This document shows, one piece after another, positions 45,001 through 55,162 of a DNA stretch of 64,000 nucleotides. Every line of letters starts with the position of its first letter. The first letter of the stretch is position 1. The position numbers were made by a program, and so were the translations under genes. Source of the DNA: Clostridiales bacterium (GTDB lineage Bacteria; Bacillota; Clostridia; Christensenellales; Pumilibacteraceae); contig JAFLVD010000002.1 of the NCBI GenBank assembly GCA_022508485.1, forward strand, positions 18,226 to 82,225, given 5' to 3'. Below the pieces are notes generated by a model. That model saw only the letters and a list, made by a program, of their open reading frames with translations. It searched no databases and was not told the DNA's origin.

Positions 45001-46243
45001 TCACCCCGTTTTCGGTGCCGAGAGGCAGGCTCTTTCCGCGCTTTCGTAAAATATGACAGCAACTTATAAACCCGAACGATACAATAATCATGGACACAGT
45101 CTGTTGGTAGAAAAACAGCGTTTCCAAATAATTCATTACGGTAATAACGCTTATATATAAAATCGGCGCCAAGTCTACGTATTTGTGTTTTTTGGAAGTA
45201 ACCTCGCTGCTTTTAGTTACCAAGCGCGAAAACAACAGATAGAACAAAATAAAATGAATAATCCCGAACGAAGCCAAAACGGCAAGCGGCATATTGTGAG
45301 CGTTTCTGTAAAGGTCGTTGCCCGTCGCCAAAATCGCGTCCTCGTTTACGTGGCTGCCGACGCCGAACCAAAGGTTTTCCTTAATCAAATCGAAGGTCAT
45401 CGCCCATATTTTTTGTCTGCCGGTAAACAAATCCTTGCCGAGTATCGTTATTTGTCCCTTGCCTATCGCCTCGTACAAAACGGTAGAATAAATATACGCC
45501 ACCAAAATTCCGAGCATACTCAGCGCAAAGACAAGCACAAACGCGGAACTTGCTTTATACTTCCTTTTCCATGCCTTAAAAATACAGAAAGAAAGCGCAA
45601 ACAGTATACATCCGCCGAGTGCGTTACGCGAAGTAAAATAGAACTGCAAGGCGATACAGAGCGCCGCAATAATAAGATACAAAACTCTTTTTCTGTGCGC
45701 AAGAATAACAAGACTTGCGCAAAACAGCATCATTAAGCTAATCGCGCACTGGTTGGAATTGAATTTAGTCGTATCGTTTGAGTTTTCCGCAGTCGTACCG
45801 TTTGCTATCTTAATCAAAACCATAGCGGCAAACACATAATAAAGCGTAATCAATTCGCTTTTTTTAAGCGGATATTTTTTAAATATCATTATTCCGGTCA
45901 ACAGTGCGGACAGCGTAATTACCCTCTCGAGACCGGAACGCAAAAATATATATTGAAGTACGACAAACAGAAAGTACGCCGTTATAAGGTTCATTTTATA
46001 TTTACCGAAGTACAAATCTTTTAGCAAATGATAAAACTGATATGCCAAAATAACCGCCACAGGCACGACGCGGAAATAATAGTCCGAATTGTCGTCGTCG
46101 AAAACGTACGCTTTAACGTACGCTATAATAACGGCATAGAAAAGCCAAGCAACGGACGCGACAAAAGACGCGCTGTGCCTTTTTACTGCACGCGTGGGTT
46201 TTACCGCTCTATTCTGTATGGTAAGTGCCATTGCCTGTTTCAT
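44990..46243 (-). CDS. O-antigen ligase / Wzy-like polymerase family membrane protein.
   Basis: 417 aa with 10 or more TM segments and a large loop. Its position between the flippase and a GT2 is typical of Wzy. Confidence 0.6.
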   Translation of the reverse strand: MKQAMALTIQNRAVKPTRAVKRHSASFVASVAWLFYAVIIAYVKAYVFDDDNSDYYFRVVPVAVILAYQFYHLLKDLYFGKYKMNLITAYFLFVVLQYIFLRSGLERVITLSALLTGIMIFKKYPLKKSELITLYYVFAAMVLIKIANGTTAENSNDTTKFNSNQCAISLMMLFCASLVILAHRKRVLYLIIAALCIALQFYFTSRNALGGCILFALSFCIFKAWKRKYKASSAFVLVFALSMLGILVAYIYSTVLYEAIGKGQITILGKDLFTGRQKIWAMTFDLIKENLWFGVGSHVNEDAILATGNDLYRNAHNMPLAVLASFGIIHFILFYLLFSRLVTKSSEVTSKKHKYVDLAPILYISVITVMNYLETLFFYQQTVSMIIVSFGFISCCHILRKRGKSLPLGTENGVNVG

Positions 46244-47236
46244 TTATTTATACACCATAGCCAACAGCCCGAACATTTTGTTTTTAAGTAGCTTTAAAAG
46301 CAGTCGCTTTTTTCCGGGGGCGTTAGCTAAATTAACTTTTTTAAGTAAAGCGCGCACGTCGGAATCGTTACCGATAAATGCGTATTCCTTTTTGCGTTCG
46401 GTAAACGAAAATCCCGAACGGCGTATACTTTTAAGGCAGTTCTGGATAAGTAAGCCTACCGCGCTTTCCTCTATGTTTACGCCTCGGTAATCATACTTTT
46501 CCGCGGCGTGCGCAAAAATTTTAATATTATTTTTCCAGTCGTCCAAGTTTTGCCTCGTATACGTATGGACGATGGAATCGCCGCGCTGAACGTAATGGTA
46601 CAAGCACTTATCTACATACACTATTCTTTCCGACGCCATAATAGCCGGAACGATAAGCGCCATGTCCTCGCCCATTCGGATACCGTTATTCTTAAACGAC
46701 GGCAAGCCGACGAGCTTTTCGCGCCGATAAAGCTTGTTCCAGCGCATTGCCGCAACGTACTTACTGTCGGCGAGCGTGGGTAAAATCGAAAAATCGAACT
46801 TTCCGTTTGTCTTAGTATAAAGTCCGGGCGCACCGACGCCGAAGTTGCGCCGGTGAGAGCGGCTGCCGGATTCATCCTCGTCGTCGTAATCGCAAAACGC
46901 TATGTCGGCATTGTGCTCTTCTATCGCTTGCGCGAGAGAGGAAAACATATCCGGCTCTATATTATCGTCGCTGTCCGTAAAGCCTATATACTCGCATTTC
47001 GAAGCGTTAACGCCGTCGACAATAGCCTGCTCGGTGCCTTCATTAACCTTATCGATTATTTTTATTCGCGAGTCTTTTTGCGCGTATTCGCCGCAAATAT
47101 CGAGGCTGCTATCGGTACTGCCGTCGTTAACGAGGATAATTTCCTTAACGCAGTCGTTCTGCGCACAAACGCTGTCCAAGCATTTACGCAGGTACTTTTC
47201 GCAGTTATATACGGGTATTACGATTGCTATATCCAT
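46244..47236 (-). CDS. Family-2 glycosyltransferase.
   Basis: MDIAIVIPVYNCEKYLRKCLDSV...NDGSTDSS...FTDSDD (DxD). Confidence 0.85.
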   Translation of the reverse strand: MDIAIVIPVYNCEKYLRKCLDSVCAQNDCVKEIILVNDGSTDSSLDICGEYAQKDSRIKIIDKVNEGTEQAIVDGVNASKCEYIGFTDSDDNIEPDMFSSLAQAIEEHNADIAFCDYDDEDESGSRSHRRNFGVGAPGLYTKTNGKFDFSILPTLADSKYVAAMRWNKLYRREKLVGLPSFKNNGIRMGEDMALIVPAIMASERIVYVDKCLYHYVQRGDSIVHTYTRQNLDDWKNNIKIFAHAAEKYDYRGVNIEESAVGLLIQNCLKSIRRSGFSFTERKKEYAFIGNDSDVRALLKKVNLANAPGKKRLLLKLLKNKMFGLLAMVYK

Positions 47237-47239
47237 TCC

Positions 47240-48262
47240 TTAACCGTTAATCTCGCCTGCGCGAACCTCTTTTAAAATATCGTACGTTCTTTTTAACGCC
47301 GATTTTACGCCGTAAAAAGGCTTCCAGCCGATTGCTACAAGCTTACTCGTATCGATAAGCGCACGCACCGACTTGGAAACGCCTTTATTGTTGTTTCCGC
47401 TCAAATCGAACACGACCTTTTTACCGGCAAGTCCTGCGATGTACTCCGCATATCCGCCGAGCGTAACGCCCTCGTCGTCATCGGAAACGTTGTAGGCGTC
47501 GCCGCTTTTTCCGTCGAGCAGCACCTTTATTATTCCGCTGACCGCGTCCGCCACATAGCAGTACGAAAAGAATTGATCGCCCTTGCTTTTAAGCACTATA
47601 TCCTCGCCGCAAAGCGCGCGGTCCAAAAACTGCGCAACCGCCTTACTGTCCGCTTTTCTGTCCGCGCCGAAGCAGCGCGCAAGCCGCGCAATAACGCAGT
47701 CCACACCGTACTGTGCGGTAAATGACTGACACAAGCTTTCGGACAGTCGCTTCGCCTCGTTGTAGCCCGCCCTCGCCGTATTGCAGTCGATATAACCGCA
47801 GTAATCCTCCGCCATGGGTTTATCGCTTCCGTCGCCGTAAATTTCGACGCTGGAAGCGAGAAGGAAGCGCGTTACCTTTTTTTCGACGGCAAGGTTTAAA
47901 AGATTGTACGTTCCGAAAATATTGGTGGTAACCGTGCCGACTGGGTCTTCCGAATACTGCTTGGGGTGAGTGTTGGACGCGAGGTGAAGCACGTAATCGA
48001 CCTTTCCGTCTATTTTAATCGGCTTTGTAACGTCGGCGGACAGATACGTAACGTTTTTCTCGCTTTTTCCGCCGCGCCGCGACAGACTTACAACGCTTAT
48101 CTTATTGCCGAACTTCTCGTTACGACACTTTATGACGTTAATTAAAAACTGCCCGATAAAGCCGGTGCCGCCGCTTATAACAAGCGTTTTGGCGTCGAGC
48201 CTATTCCACTCGTAACCGAGCGAAGCGATTATTTCTATATCCTGTAACTCTAAATCGGTCAT
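47240..48262 (-). CDS. NAD-dependent epimerase/dehydratase-family SDR (likely the reductase partner of the cytidylyltransferase).
   Basis: VISGGTGFIGQ Rossmann motif and YNEAKRLSE (YxxxK). Confidence 0.75.
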   Translation of the reverse strand: MTDLELQDIEIIASLGYEWNRLDAKTLVISGGTGFIGQFLINVIKCRNEKFGNKISVVSLSRRGGKSEKNVTYLSADVTKPIKIDGKVDYVLHLASNTHPKQYSEDPVGTVTTNIFGTYNLLNLAVEKKVTRFLLASSVEIYGDGSDKPMAEDYCGYIDCNTARAGYNEAKRLSESLCQSFTAQYGVDCVIARLARCFGADRKADSKAVAQFLDRALCGEDIVLKSKGDQFFSYCYVADAVSGIIKVLLDGKSGDAYNVSDDDEGVTLGGYAEYIAGLAGKKVVFDLSGNNNKGVSKSVRALIDTSKLVAIGWKPFYGVKSALKRTYDILKEVRAGEING

Positions 48263-48266
48263 GATT

Positions 48267-48983
48267 TTACTTTAACCAGTCGTCGCCCTTTGCGGAAATG
48301 TACGCTCTGAATATATTGAAATCGTCCTTTGTGGTGAGCTTGATATTCTTATCCGAGCCTTTTGCAAAGTACAGTGTTTCGCCAAGCTCTACCATCATCG
48401 TGTTTGTGTACGACGAGCCGGTAATCCCGATATTTTCTTTAAAGGCGCGCTCGTAGCACGAAAACAGCTTTCCGAGCATGTACGCCTGCGGTGTGGAAAC
48501 GCGCCGAAGCGTTTCTCTCGGAATGTATTTATCGGTGCTGTACTCGTCCTTGACAATAAAGATTTGCTCGTTGTACGGCAGCGAGGTTACGGCATTTCCG
48601 CGCTGATGACATTTTTCTATGACATCGTTTAATACGCTTTCGTCGACAAGCGGACGAATACTGTCGTGGATAATAACGCAAGTGTCATCGGGATAGACCT
48701 CGTGGATTTTATTTACACCATTCCTTATGGACTCTTGCACGCTCTCGCCGCCGCTTACAATATACTTAAGCTTGGTGATGTTAAACTGCTTTGCAAACGA
48801 CGAAAGTACGTTATGCCAGCCGTCGATACAAACGACGAGGATATCGTCTACCAAAGGATTTCTCTGAAAGTTTTCAAGCGTATAGATAATAATAGGCTTA
48901 TCGTTAACGGTTAAAAACTGCTTGGGTATTTCCTGCCCCATTCTTTTGCCGGAACCGCCGGCGACTATTAAAGCTACGTTCAT
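48267..48983 (-). CDS. IspD/TarI-family cytidylyltransferase (CDP-ribitol type).
   Basis: MNVALIVAGGSGKRMGQEIPKQFL... is a typical IspD/TarI N-terminus. Confidence 0.8.
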   Translation of the reverse strand: MNVALIVAGGSGKRMGQEIPKQFLTVNDKPIIIYTLENFQRNPLVDDILVVCIDGWHNVLSSFAKQFNITKLKYIVSGGESVQESIRNGVNKIHEVYPDDTCVIIHDSIRPLVDESVLNDVIEKCHQRGNAVTSLPYNEQIFIVKDEYSTDKYIPRETLRRVSTPQAYMLGKLFSCYERAFKENIGITGSSYTNTMMVELGETLYFAKGSDKNIKLTTKDDFNIFRAYISAKGDDWLK

Positions 48984-49037
48984 GATAGTTTACTCCTTCG
49001 CGCTATAATAAGTTATTTCGTATTTGTCGTTTTACTG

Positions 49038-49853
49038 TTATTGAACAATCTCGTCGGCCTCGTCCTTACGGTATACCGTAAAGCCGTGATTTACGCGCTC
49101 GCTTTCGGGCGGAAGCGTCATATAATCGCCGTAAAACTCGGTCAAAAATTTATGTGGGTCTGCGCAACACGCAAAGCTTTCGCCCTCAAACGACACCTCG
49201 GTAGGTTTTTCGTACTGCCACTTTTCCACGCATTCGCGGTATGCGCCGTTAATGTATCCCACGTAATTGCTTTGCTCTATACCGTACTTGCGCCTTGCGT
49301 CGTCTATTTTTTTAAGCGCTCTTTTAAGTCCGTACAGCTTTGCAAAGCGGCTGCCTATCCATTTGGGAATATAAAGCAGTTTGTTTTTGGGCGGATTGAA
49401 TTTTTCCGCAATCAACCAGCTTCGGTACTTAATGGGAAGGCGCACTTTTTTTTGCAGCGCGTACGCCTCTTTTTTCGTTGCGCCGAGCGGATACAGCGGA
49501 AACACGTCTATATGAAGCCCGATAGGATATTTAGTATGCCGCGACGCGTGAAGAATTGTGCCAGGGTCGTAAAGCTTGGTAATTGCGGTTGTGGACTTTC
49601 CGTCGAGATCGAAAGAAATCAGCTTGTACTTTAAAACGGTAAAGTCGTCGTGAATGAATTTATAGTAATCGTCCGCCGGCATAAGCACGTCTATATCGTC
49701 GTCCCACGGAATAAATCCGCCGTGCCGCACCGCCCCGAGCAGCGTTCCGCCGGTTATAAAGTACCTGTAACCCTTTTGGTTACAATAATCCCGAAACCAT
49801 ACAAGGATTTGAAGTAATTGTTGTTTAATCTGTTGTGGAGAAAGCTTTTCCAT
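49038..49853 (-). CDS. LicD-family phosphotransferase (paralogue 1).
   Basis: YFITGGTLLGAVRHGGFIPWDDDIDVLMP and DYMTLPPESER. Confidence 0.85.
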   Translation of the reverse strand: MEKLSPQQIKQQLLQILVWFRDYCNQKGYRYFITGGTLLGAVRHGGFIPWDDDIDVLMPADDYYKFIHDDFTVLKYKLISFDLDGKSTTAITKLYDPGTILHASRHTKYPIGLHIDVFPLYPLGATKKEAYALQKKVRLPIKYRSWLIAEKFNPPKNKLLYIPKWIGSRFAKLYGLKRALKKIDDARRKYGIEQSNYVGYINGAYRECVEKWQYEKPTEVSFEGESFACCADPHKFLTEFYGDYMTLPPESERVNHGFTVYRKDEADEIVQ

Positions 49854-49905
49854 AAATACCCCACCGTAAATAAAACGAGCAAAACGTTCTTTATATAACT
49901 GCGGT

Positions 49906-50991
49906 TTACTTTGCGTAAAACTCGCTGAATCGGTTGTACGTTTCTATACCGTAATCACCGAAATCAAAGCACGGACGATTGGGCGACAGCTTGTTATACC
50001 ATGCCAAAACCGTATTCATGTAAGGCGTATCGACTCGGCTCAAACGGGCGATTTCGCATAACAGTTTAAGCCCGTACGGAAAATCCGCTGTAAAGTAACG
50101 CGAATCGAAATCGGGCACGTAGCCGTTGCCCTTCGGTATGGACGGCGTTTGCAAGCCTTGAAAACCTTTTATACTCTTGATTTTATCCGTCATTTCTTTT
50201 ACGGTGTAGCTTTCGTAATGTTCTTTAAGCGACTTAACGCCCGACATATCAAAGCCGCTCAGTTCGCGTATCTTACCGCAAATACTCTGAACTTCGTCGT
50301 CGCACTTCAATAATAAATCGGAAGTCTCGTCCGTCCACTCTTGATAAAACAGCGGTATTCTGTCATACACTTTGCCTGCCGAATAGTCGTTAAACAGCGA
50401 GTACAATCGGCAGGTATGAAGAATTGGATTGGACGGAACCATAGTAACGTTTAAATAATTATCCATAACGTCGCAAGGGATATCGAACAGACATTCAAGC
50501 ATTTCCTTTCCGAATTGTGCTTCGGATTTAGGCAAAGAAGCTATATAAAGCCTGTCTCTGTACCCTTCGCAATACACCAAGCCGTTGCCTTTAAGTCTTG
50601 TAACCGACGGCACGCGTTGCAACCCGTACAGCGAACACCCTTTACCCAAAGCAGCTTTAAACGCCCATTCCATTCCTCCGCTTCCGGGGATAAAAAATAT
50701 TTTCGTGCCGTTTTCGATATAAGGCAACAGTTTTTCGGCAAGCTCTTTTGCAAGAAATGCGGGCGTCGTGATAAAAACAACGTCGCTGTTCTTTACTGCA
50801 ACGCTCGGATTAAAGGTAATGCAATCGACAGTGCCGCCCGAAACAACGGTCCCCTCTGCGTCGACCTCTTTTACTTCGGATAAAAACGTACCGACCTTTG
50901 ATGTGAATACGGTTACTTTGTGTCCGTGCGCGGAACAGCGAACCGCAAACTGCGTGCCGATATTTCCGCCGCCGATTACGGTTACGTTCAT
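49906..50991 (-). CDS. NAD(P)-binding opine (octopine/nopaline) dehydrogenase-family oxidoreductase.
   Basis: MNVTVIGGGNIGTQFA Rossmann N-terminus, 361 aa. The family call rests on overall resemblance only. Confidence 0.5.
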   Translation of the reverse strand: MNVTVIGGGNIGTQFAVRCSAHGHKVTVFTSKVGTFLSEVKEVDAEGTVVSGGTVDCITFNPSVAVKNSDVVFITTPAFLAKELAEKLLPYIENGTKIFFIPGSGGMEWAFKAALGKGCSLYGLQRVPSVTRLKGNGLVYCEGYRDRLYIASLPKSEAQFGKEMLECLFDIPCDVMDNYLNVTMVPSNPILHTCRLYSLFNDYSAGKVYDRIPLFYQEWTDETSDLLLKCDDEVQSICGKIRELSGFDMSGVKSLKEHYESYTVKEMTDKIKSIKGFQGLQTPSIPKGNGYVPDFDSRYFTADFPYGLKLLCEIARLSRVDTPYMNTVLAWYNKLSPNRPCFDFGDYGIETYNRFSEFYAK

Positions 50992-52808
50992 GTTTCTTTC
51001 CTTAAAAGCGTCGACAAAGCCTTTATCAGTTTATCGTTATCTTCGGTGTTTCTGACGGCTATACGCACGTACTGCGCTTTTCCTTGCGTTTTTGACGATA
51101 GGTCTTTTATGAGAATATTGTGTTTTAAATATAACTCTTGGGTAAACACCGTCGCGTTTAACCCACCGATTAGCTCTACCGTTACGTAGTTAGCCTGCGT
51201 GGGAATAACGCGCAAATACTTTTTAAAAGATTTAAGTCCGCGGATAAACTCCTTTCGTACTTCCTTGAATTTTACCAGCGCGGAAACGTAATCCTTTCGA
51301 TATTTTTCTTCGATTTGCAAGTAAAACTCGGCAAACGAGTTTATGTTCCAAATGCCTACGTCCTTTTTTAGGTAATCTATCAATTCCGTATCGCCCGAAA
51401 CAGCTATACCAAGCCTTAAACCGGGCACGCCGTAGCTTTTGGATATGCTTTTAACGATACAAAGATTGGTGTACTTTTCGATTAAGCCTTGCTCTATAAG
51501 CGAGTTGTCTTCCCCATCCGCAAAGTCGACGAACGATTCGTCCAAAATCAAAGAGACTTTGTTGTCGGTAGTCCACGAAAGAATTTTACTTAGCCCGTCC
51601 TTTTTAATAAAATTACCGGTCGGGTTGTCGGGGTTTATTAAAATCAAGCAGTCGATATTTTTACCGGAATAGTAACGAATCAAGTCGTCGGCGGTATAGG
51701 AAAAATCTTTGTTGTCAGGATAATAAACCACCTGTTTGTCCGCGTCGTAACGGTTGGGATATTCCTCAAACGTCGGACGAATTACACCCACTCTTCCGTT
51801 CATGCGCGACATTAACGATTTAATCAGTTCAGCGGCGCCGTTACCTACGGCGATGTTCTCGACTCTTACACCGAAATTTTTTGCCGCCAGCAAGCTGTTA
51901 ACTCGCATACCCGATGGGTACTGTGTCGCCAAAATATCAAAATTCGCCTTGATTTCGTCAAGTAGCTTTTGCGGCGGAAAATACGGGTTTACAAGGTAGC
52001 AAAAGTCCAAAAGCTTTGGATAACGCCAATATCCGCCGTACCTGCCTTGTATTGCTTTGAGTTTTTTTCCGTCATCCGCAAACATCGACGAAGCAATATC
52101 CAAATCCTGAATATCGTCTATTTCGTACCAAAGCTGACCGTTTAAACGCTTAGCCTTGATTTCGGGGTCGTCGAGCATGGTTATTATCTTTAACACCTGC
52201 TCGTAATACTCGTTGTTGCCGACCGCGTTGCAGTACGCTTCCAAAAACGGAACGTAATGCGTTTTGGAGAAATGCTTGCCGAATTTATAAATATTAACCG
52301 TCTTGTAGTAAGACTTTATATCCTCGAACTTGAATTTTTTCCCGGGCACGAACTCTATAATATCGTCGTTATCGGACAGCTTGACGCACGTACCGTCCAT
52401 CCAGCTCTCGTACTTATCGACAAGCGCCAAAGTATCACGCTCGTCGTTTAACAGTAAATCGATTACGCCGTCCTCCACAATCAAATCGGATTCGAACAGA
52501 AGCGTATCGTCCTTGCACAAATAATCTTTGGCAAGGGACAGCGAATAAATATTGTTCGTCTTGTCGTAGACGGGATTGTTTATAAAAACCAACGGGGTCG
52601 AAAGAGAAAGGCCTTTAACGTAGTCGATAAGCTTTTCCGCCTCGTATCCGACTACCATAACAACGCGCTCGAGCTTGTATTTTTCAAGCTGGTACAGCAA
52701 TCTGTATATAAGCGGAACTCCGTTAACTTCAACCATACATTTAGTATTGTTTTTAGTCAGTTCCTTTAATCTTTTGCCCATTCCCGCGGCAAGTATAACC
52801 GCTTGCAT
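50988..52808 (-). CDS. Fusion of an N-terminal sugar/alcohol-phosphate nucleotidyltransferase (LicC-like) and a C-terminal class I/II aminotransferase-fold domain.
   Basis: MQAVILAAGMGKRLKELTKNNTKCMVEVNG, then ...VGNGAAELIKSL...ILINPDNPTGNF...SISKSYGVPGLRLG (PLP lysine context). Confidence 0.75.
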   Translation of the reverse strand: MQAVILAAGMGKRLKELTKNNTKCMVEVNGVPLIYRLLYQLEKYKLERVVMVVGYEAEKLIDYVKGLSLSTPLVFINNPVYDKTNNIYSLSLAKDYLCKDDTLLFESDLIVEDGVIDLLLNDERDTLALVDKYESWMDGTCVKLSDNDDIIEFVPGKKFKFEDIKSYYKTVNIYKFGKHFSKTHYVPFLEAYCNAVGNNEYYEQVLKIITMLDDPEIKAKRLNGQLWYEIDDIQDLDIASSMFADDGKKLKAIQGRYGGYWRYPKLLDFCYLVNPYFPPQKLLDEIKANFDILATQYPSGMRVNSLLAAKNFGVRVENIAVGNGAAELIKSLMSRMNGRVGVIRPTFEEYPNRYDADKQVVYYPDNKDFSYTADDLIRYYSGKNIDCLILINPDNPTGNFIKKDGLSKILSWTTDNKVSLILDESFVDFADGEDNSLIEQGLIEKYTNLCIVKSISKSYGVPGLRLGIAVSGDTELIDYLKKDVGIWNINSFAEFYLQIEEKYRKDYVSALVKFKEVRKEFIRGLKSFKKYLRVIPTQANYVTVELIGGLNATVFTQELYLKHNILIKDLSSKTQGKAQYVRIAVRNTEDNDKLIKALSTLLRKET

Positions 52809-52859
52809 ACTCTCCTCCTAAACCGTTTAACCGTCGTTTGTTACAGATCCGCAAACGCG

Positions 52860-53681
52860 TTACGTTTCCTCGGTATTAAAACTGATATCGGTGTAACTAT
52901 GGTGCGGCTTGCGCTCTTCTTCCGGCGGCAGAAGCATATAGTCGCCGAATACTTGTCTTAAAACCGCGTCGTAGTTTTCGGGTATCATAAACTCGGTATT
53001 CTCGAATTTGTGCATGACTCCGTTTCCGAACCACTCTCTTTTGTAAGAAAGCTTAAAGCTTTTCATCGAACCCGACCAGCAAACAACCTCGTCGCATTCG
53101 TCGTATGGAAACCGAGTTATTTTTTCGAAAAGCTTTTTTTGTGCGCGAGCTTTACCTTTTTTCGTCTTTAACTTTAATAGAAACGACGAACCTGCGCGCA
53201 TTAGGGCGCCGTGATTTTTTACCGGCTCGTCCAATAGATACAGCGCCCTTTTCATTGCTCTGAATATCTGGATTTTTCTTTTGTTTTTAGGCGCGGCACC
53301 GTACATCGGATATATATCCACAAAGATACCGTGGTGAATTTTTTTGTCCGCGGTTTCTTTTTCTATCAACAGCGTATTGTCTTTGCATACTCGCATAATA
53401 GACAGTCTGTACTCGGGATCGGTTTCGGGCGACTGGTAAAAATAACCTTGCGGCAAATCGGTTTTGCACGCCTCTTCGAACTTTAATAAGTCGGGATACG
53501 GCATCATGATATCGATATCGTCGTCCCACGGAATAAAGCCGTCGTGTCGGATTGCGCCTATAAGCGTACCGTATGCCAAAAAATACCTAATCCCGTTCTT
53601 TTCGCACACGTTTTTTATGACGCCGGCTATCTCAAGCTGAACGTCCTGCACTTTTTTCATTAACTCTACGTCGTAATCCAT
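52860..53681 (-). CDS. LicD-family phosphotransferase (paralogue 2).
   Basis: YFLAYGTLIGAIRHDGFIPWDDDIDIMMP and DYMLLPPEEER. Confidence 0.85.
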   Translation of the reverse strand: MDYDVELMKKVQDVQLEIAGVIKNVCEKNGIRYFLAYGTLIGAIRHDGFIPWDDDIDIMMPYPDLLKFEEACKTDLPQGYFYQSPETDPEYRLSIMRVCKDNTLLIEKETADKKIHHGIFVDIYPMYGAAPKNKRKIQIFRAMKRALYLLDEPVKNHGALMRAGSSFLLKLKTKKGKARAQKKLFEKITRFPYDECDEVVCWSGSMKSFKLSYKREWFGNGVMHKFENTEFMIPENYDAVLRQVFGDYMLLPPEEERKPHHSYTDISFNTEET

Positions 53682-55162
53682 TATACACTTGCCTCGTTGC
53701 CGTTAACCGGAGTAACCGTAAAACTGTGGTGATGCTTTTGCTGCTCTATCGGCGGCAACCGCATATAATCGCCGTACCGCACAGACAAAACGCTGTCGTA
53801 GTTTTTAAATATACAAAACTCTCTGTCCTCGAACTTCGACAACATCACTTCGTCAACCCAATCCCTTTTATACGCTATATGACAAACGGCAAAAAGGTCG
53901 TTGGATATAAACTTGTCCTTAGTCTCTTGTTTGTTATAGCGAACCGAGGTTTTAAAATACGACTTAACTATACTTTCCACCGAGCGGCCGGCGCCGAGCA
54001 GCTTCGTGCAAAAAAGCTGAACTCTTCTTTTAAAGCTGAACCTCGACCAGTCGATTTTTCCCTTGTGCATCATACCCTGCAAAACTTTTAGTTTAAGCAA
54101 AAAGCGATTTCTTTCCGACTTTTTGTCGGGCAGGTTGTCTATTAAGAATATATCGACCTTAATTCCGCCGATTTTATTGCCGTTAAGCACCGGGTCTTTT
54201 ACAAACCTCACGCGCGGCGTTCTTCTGTACAAAAAGAACTCGAACTCGCCGCTACTGTCGCAGTACGACTTGATAACGGACGAAAACCTGTCGTACTCTT
54301 CCCGAAGCATTACAATATCTATATCGTCGTCCCAGGGAATAAAGCCTTTATGCCTGACCGCGCCGATAAGCGTTCCGCCGCTGAGCGAGTACTTGATTTT
54401 TTCCTTAACGCACACCTCGTGGATAAAATCCATTATGCAAAGAAGCTTGCCTTTTACAAAGTCGAGTAGTTCTGCGTCGCTTTCCGCCTCGCCCAAGCTG
54501 TCTATAACCTCGATAAGCTCGCCGAGCGACGAAATCTGTTTATTCTCTTTGATCCCTTCCGCATAGTCGCAGTTGCGGTAAACGCCGCCAGAAAAAAGTC
54601 TAACGGTAGTAATGCCGTACTTACCCACCACAAAATCCTTTCGGGGATTGTCGCCGACGTACAGCATTTCGTCAAGGGACGCGCCGAAGTATTCCGCCAT
54701 AAGCTCGAACGCTTTTACATTGGGTTTTCTGTATTCTTTTCCGCCGAGCGTGTCGGTTAAAATAATCTTATCTACCAAGCCGCTAACGTTAAGCGAATCT
54801 ATTTTGTTTTGCTGTCCCTCGGGGCGTCCGTCGGTGATTATTCCGAGCTTAAAGCCTTTTTCGCGTAAAACCTCAAGCGTGCGCTTAGCTTCCTCAGAGA
54901 GCGAAATTTCGGGCTTATGCGCGCGGTAAATATCCAAAAGCTCGCCTACCGCACTTTCGGATGCGTCTAATCCGTGCGCAATCATGTAGCGGTCGATCAC
55001 CTTTGCGCCGTCCGAATTGTACAGCTCTAAAAGCTCGTCCGCGGCATTCTTAATTCCGTATTTTTTTTCGATTTCATTTGCTACGGCACGGTAGCCCGAT
55101 TTAACGTAATCGTACTCGGGAAAAAGCGTATCGTCCAAATCGAAAACGACGACCTTAATCAT
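53681..55162 (-). CDS. Fusion of a HAD-superfamily phosphatase and a LicD-family phosphotransferase (paralogue 3).
   Basis: MIKVVVFDLDDTLF (DxDxT) and VGDNPRKD, then YSLSGGTLIGAVRHKGFIPWDDDIDIVM and DYMRLPPIEQ. Confidence 0.8.
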   Translation of the reverse strand: MIKVVVFDLDDTLFPEYDYVKSGYRAVANEIEKKYGIKNAADELLELYNSDGAKVIDRYMIAHGLDASESAVGELLDIYRAHKPEISLSEEAKRTLEVLREKGFKLGIITDGRPEGQQNKIDSLNVSGLVDKIILTDTLGGKEYRKPNVKAFELMAEYFGASLDEMLYVGDNPRKDFVVGKYGITTVRLFSGGVYRNCDYAEGIKENKQISSLGELIEVIDSLGEAESDAELLDFVKGKLLCIMDFIHEVCVKEKIKYSLSGGTLIGAVRHKGFIPWDDDIDIVMLREEYDRFSSVIKSYCDSSGEFEFFLYRRTPRVRFVKDPVLNGNKIGGIKVDIFLIDNLPDKKSERNRFLLKLKVLQGMMHKGKIDWSRFSFKRRVQLFCTKLLGAGRSVESIVKSYFKTSVRYNKQETKDKFISNDLFAVCHIAYKRDWVDEVMLSKFEDREFCIFKNYDSVLSVRYGDYMRLPPIEQQKHHHSFTVTPVNGNEASV

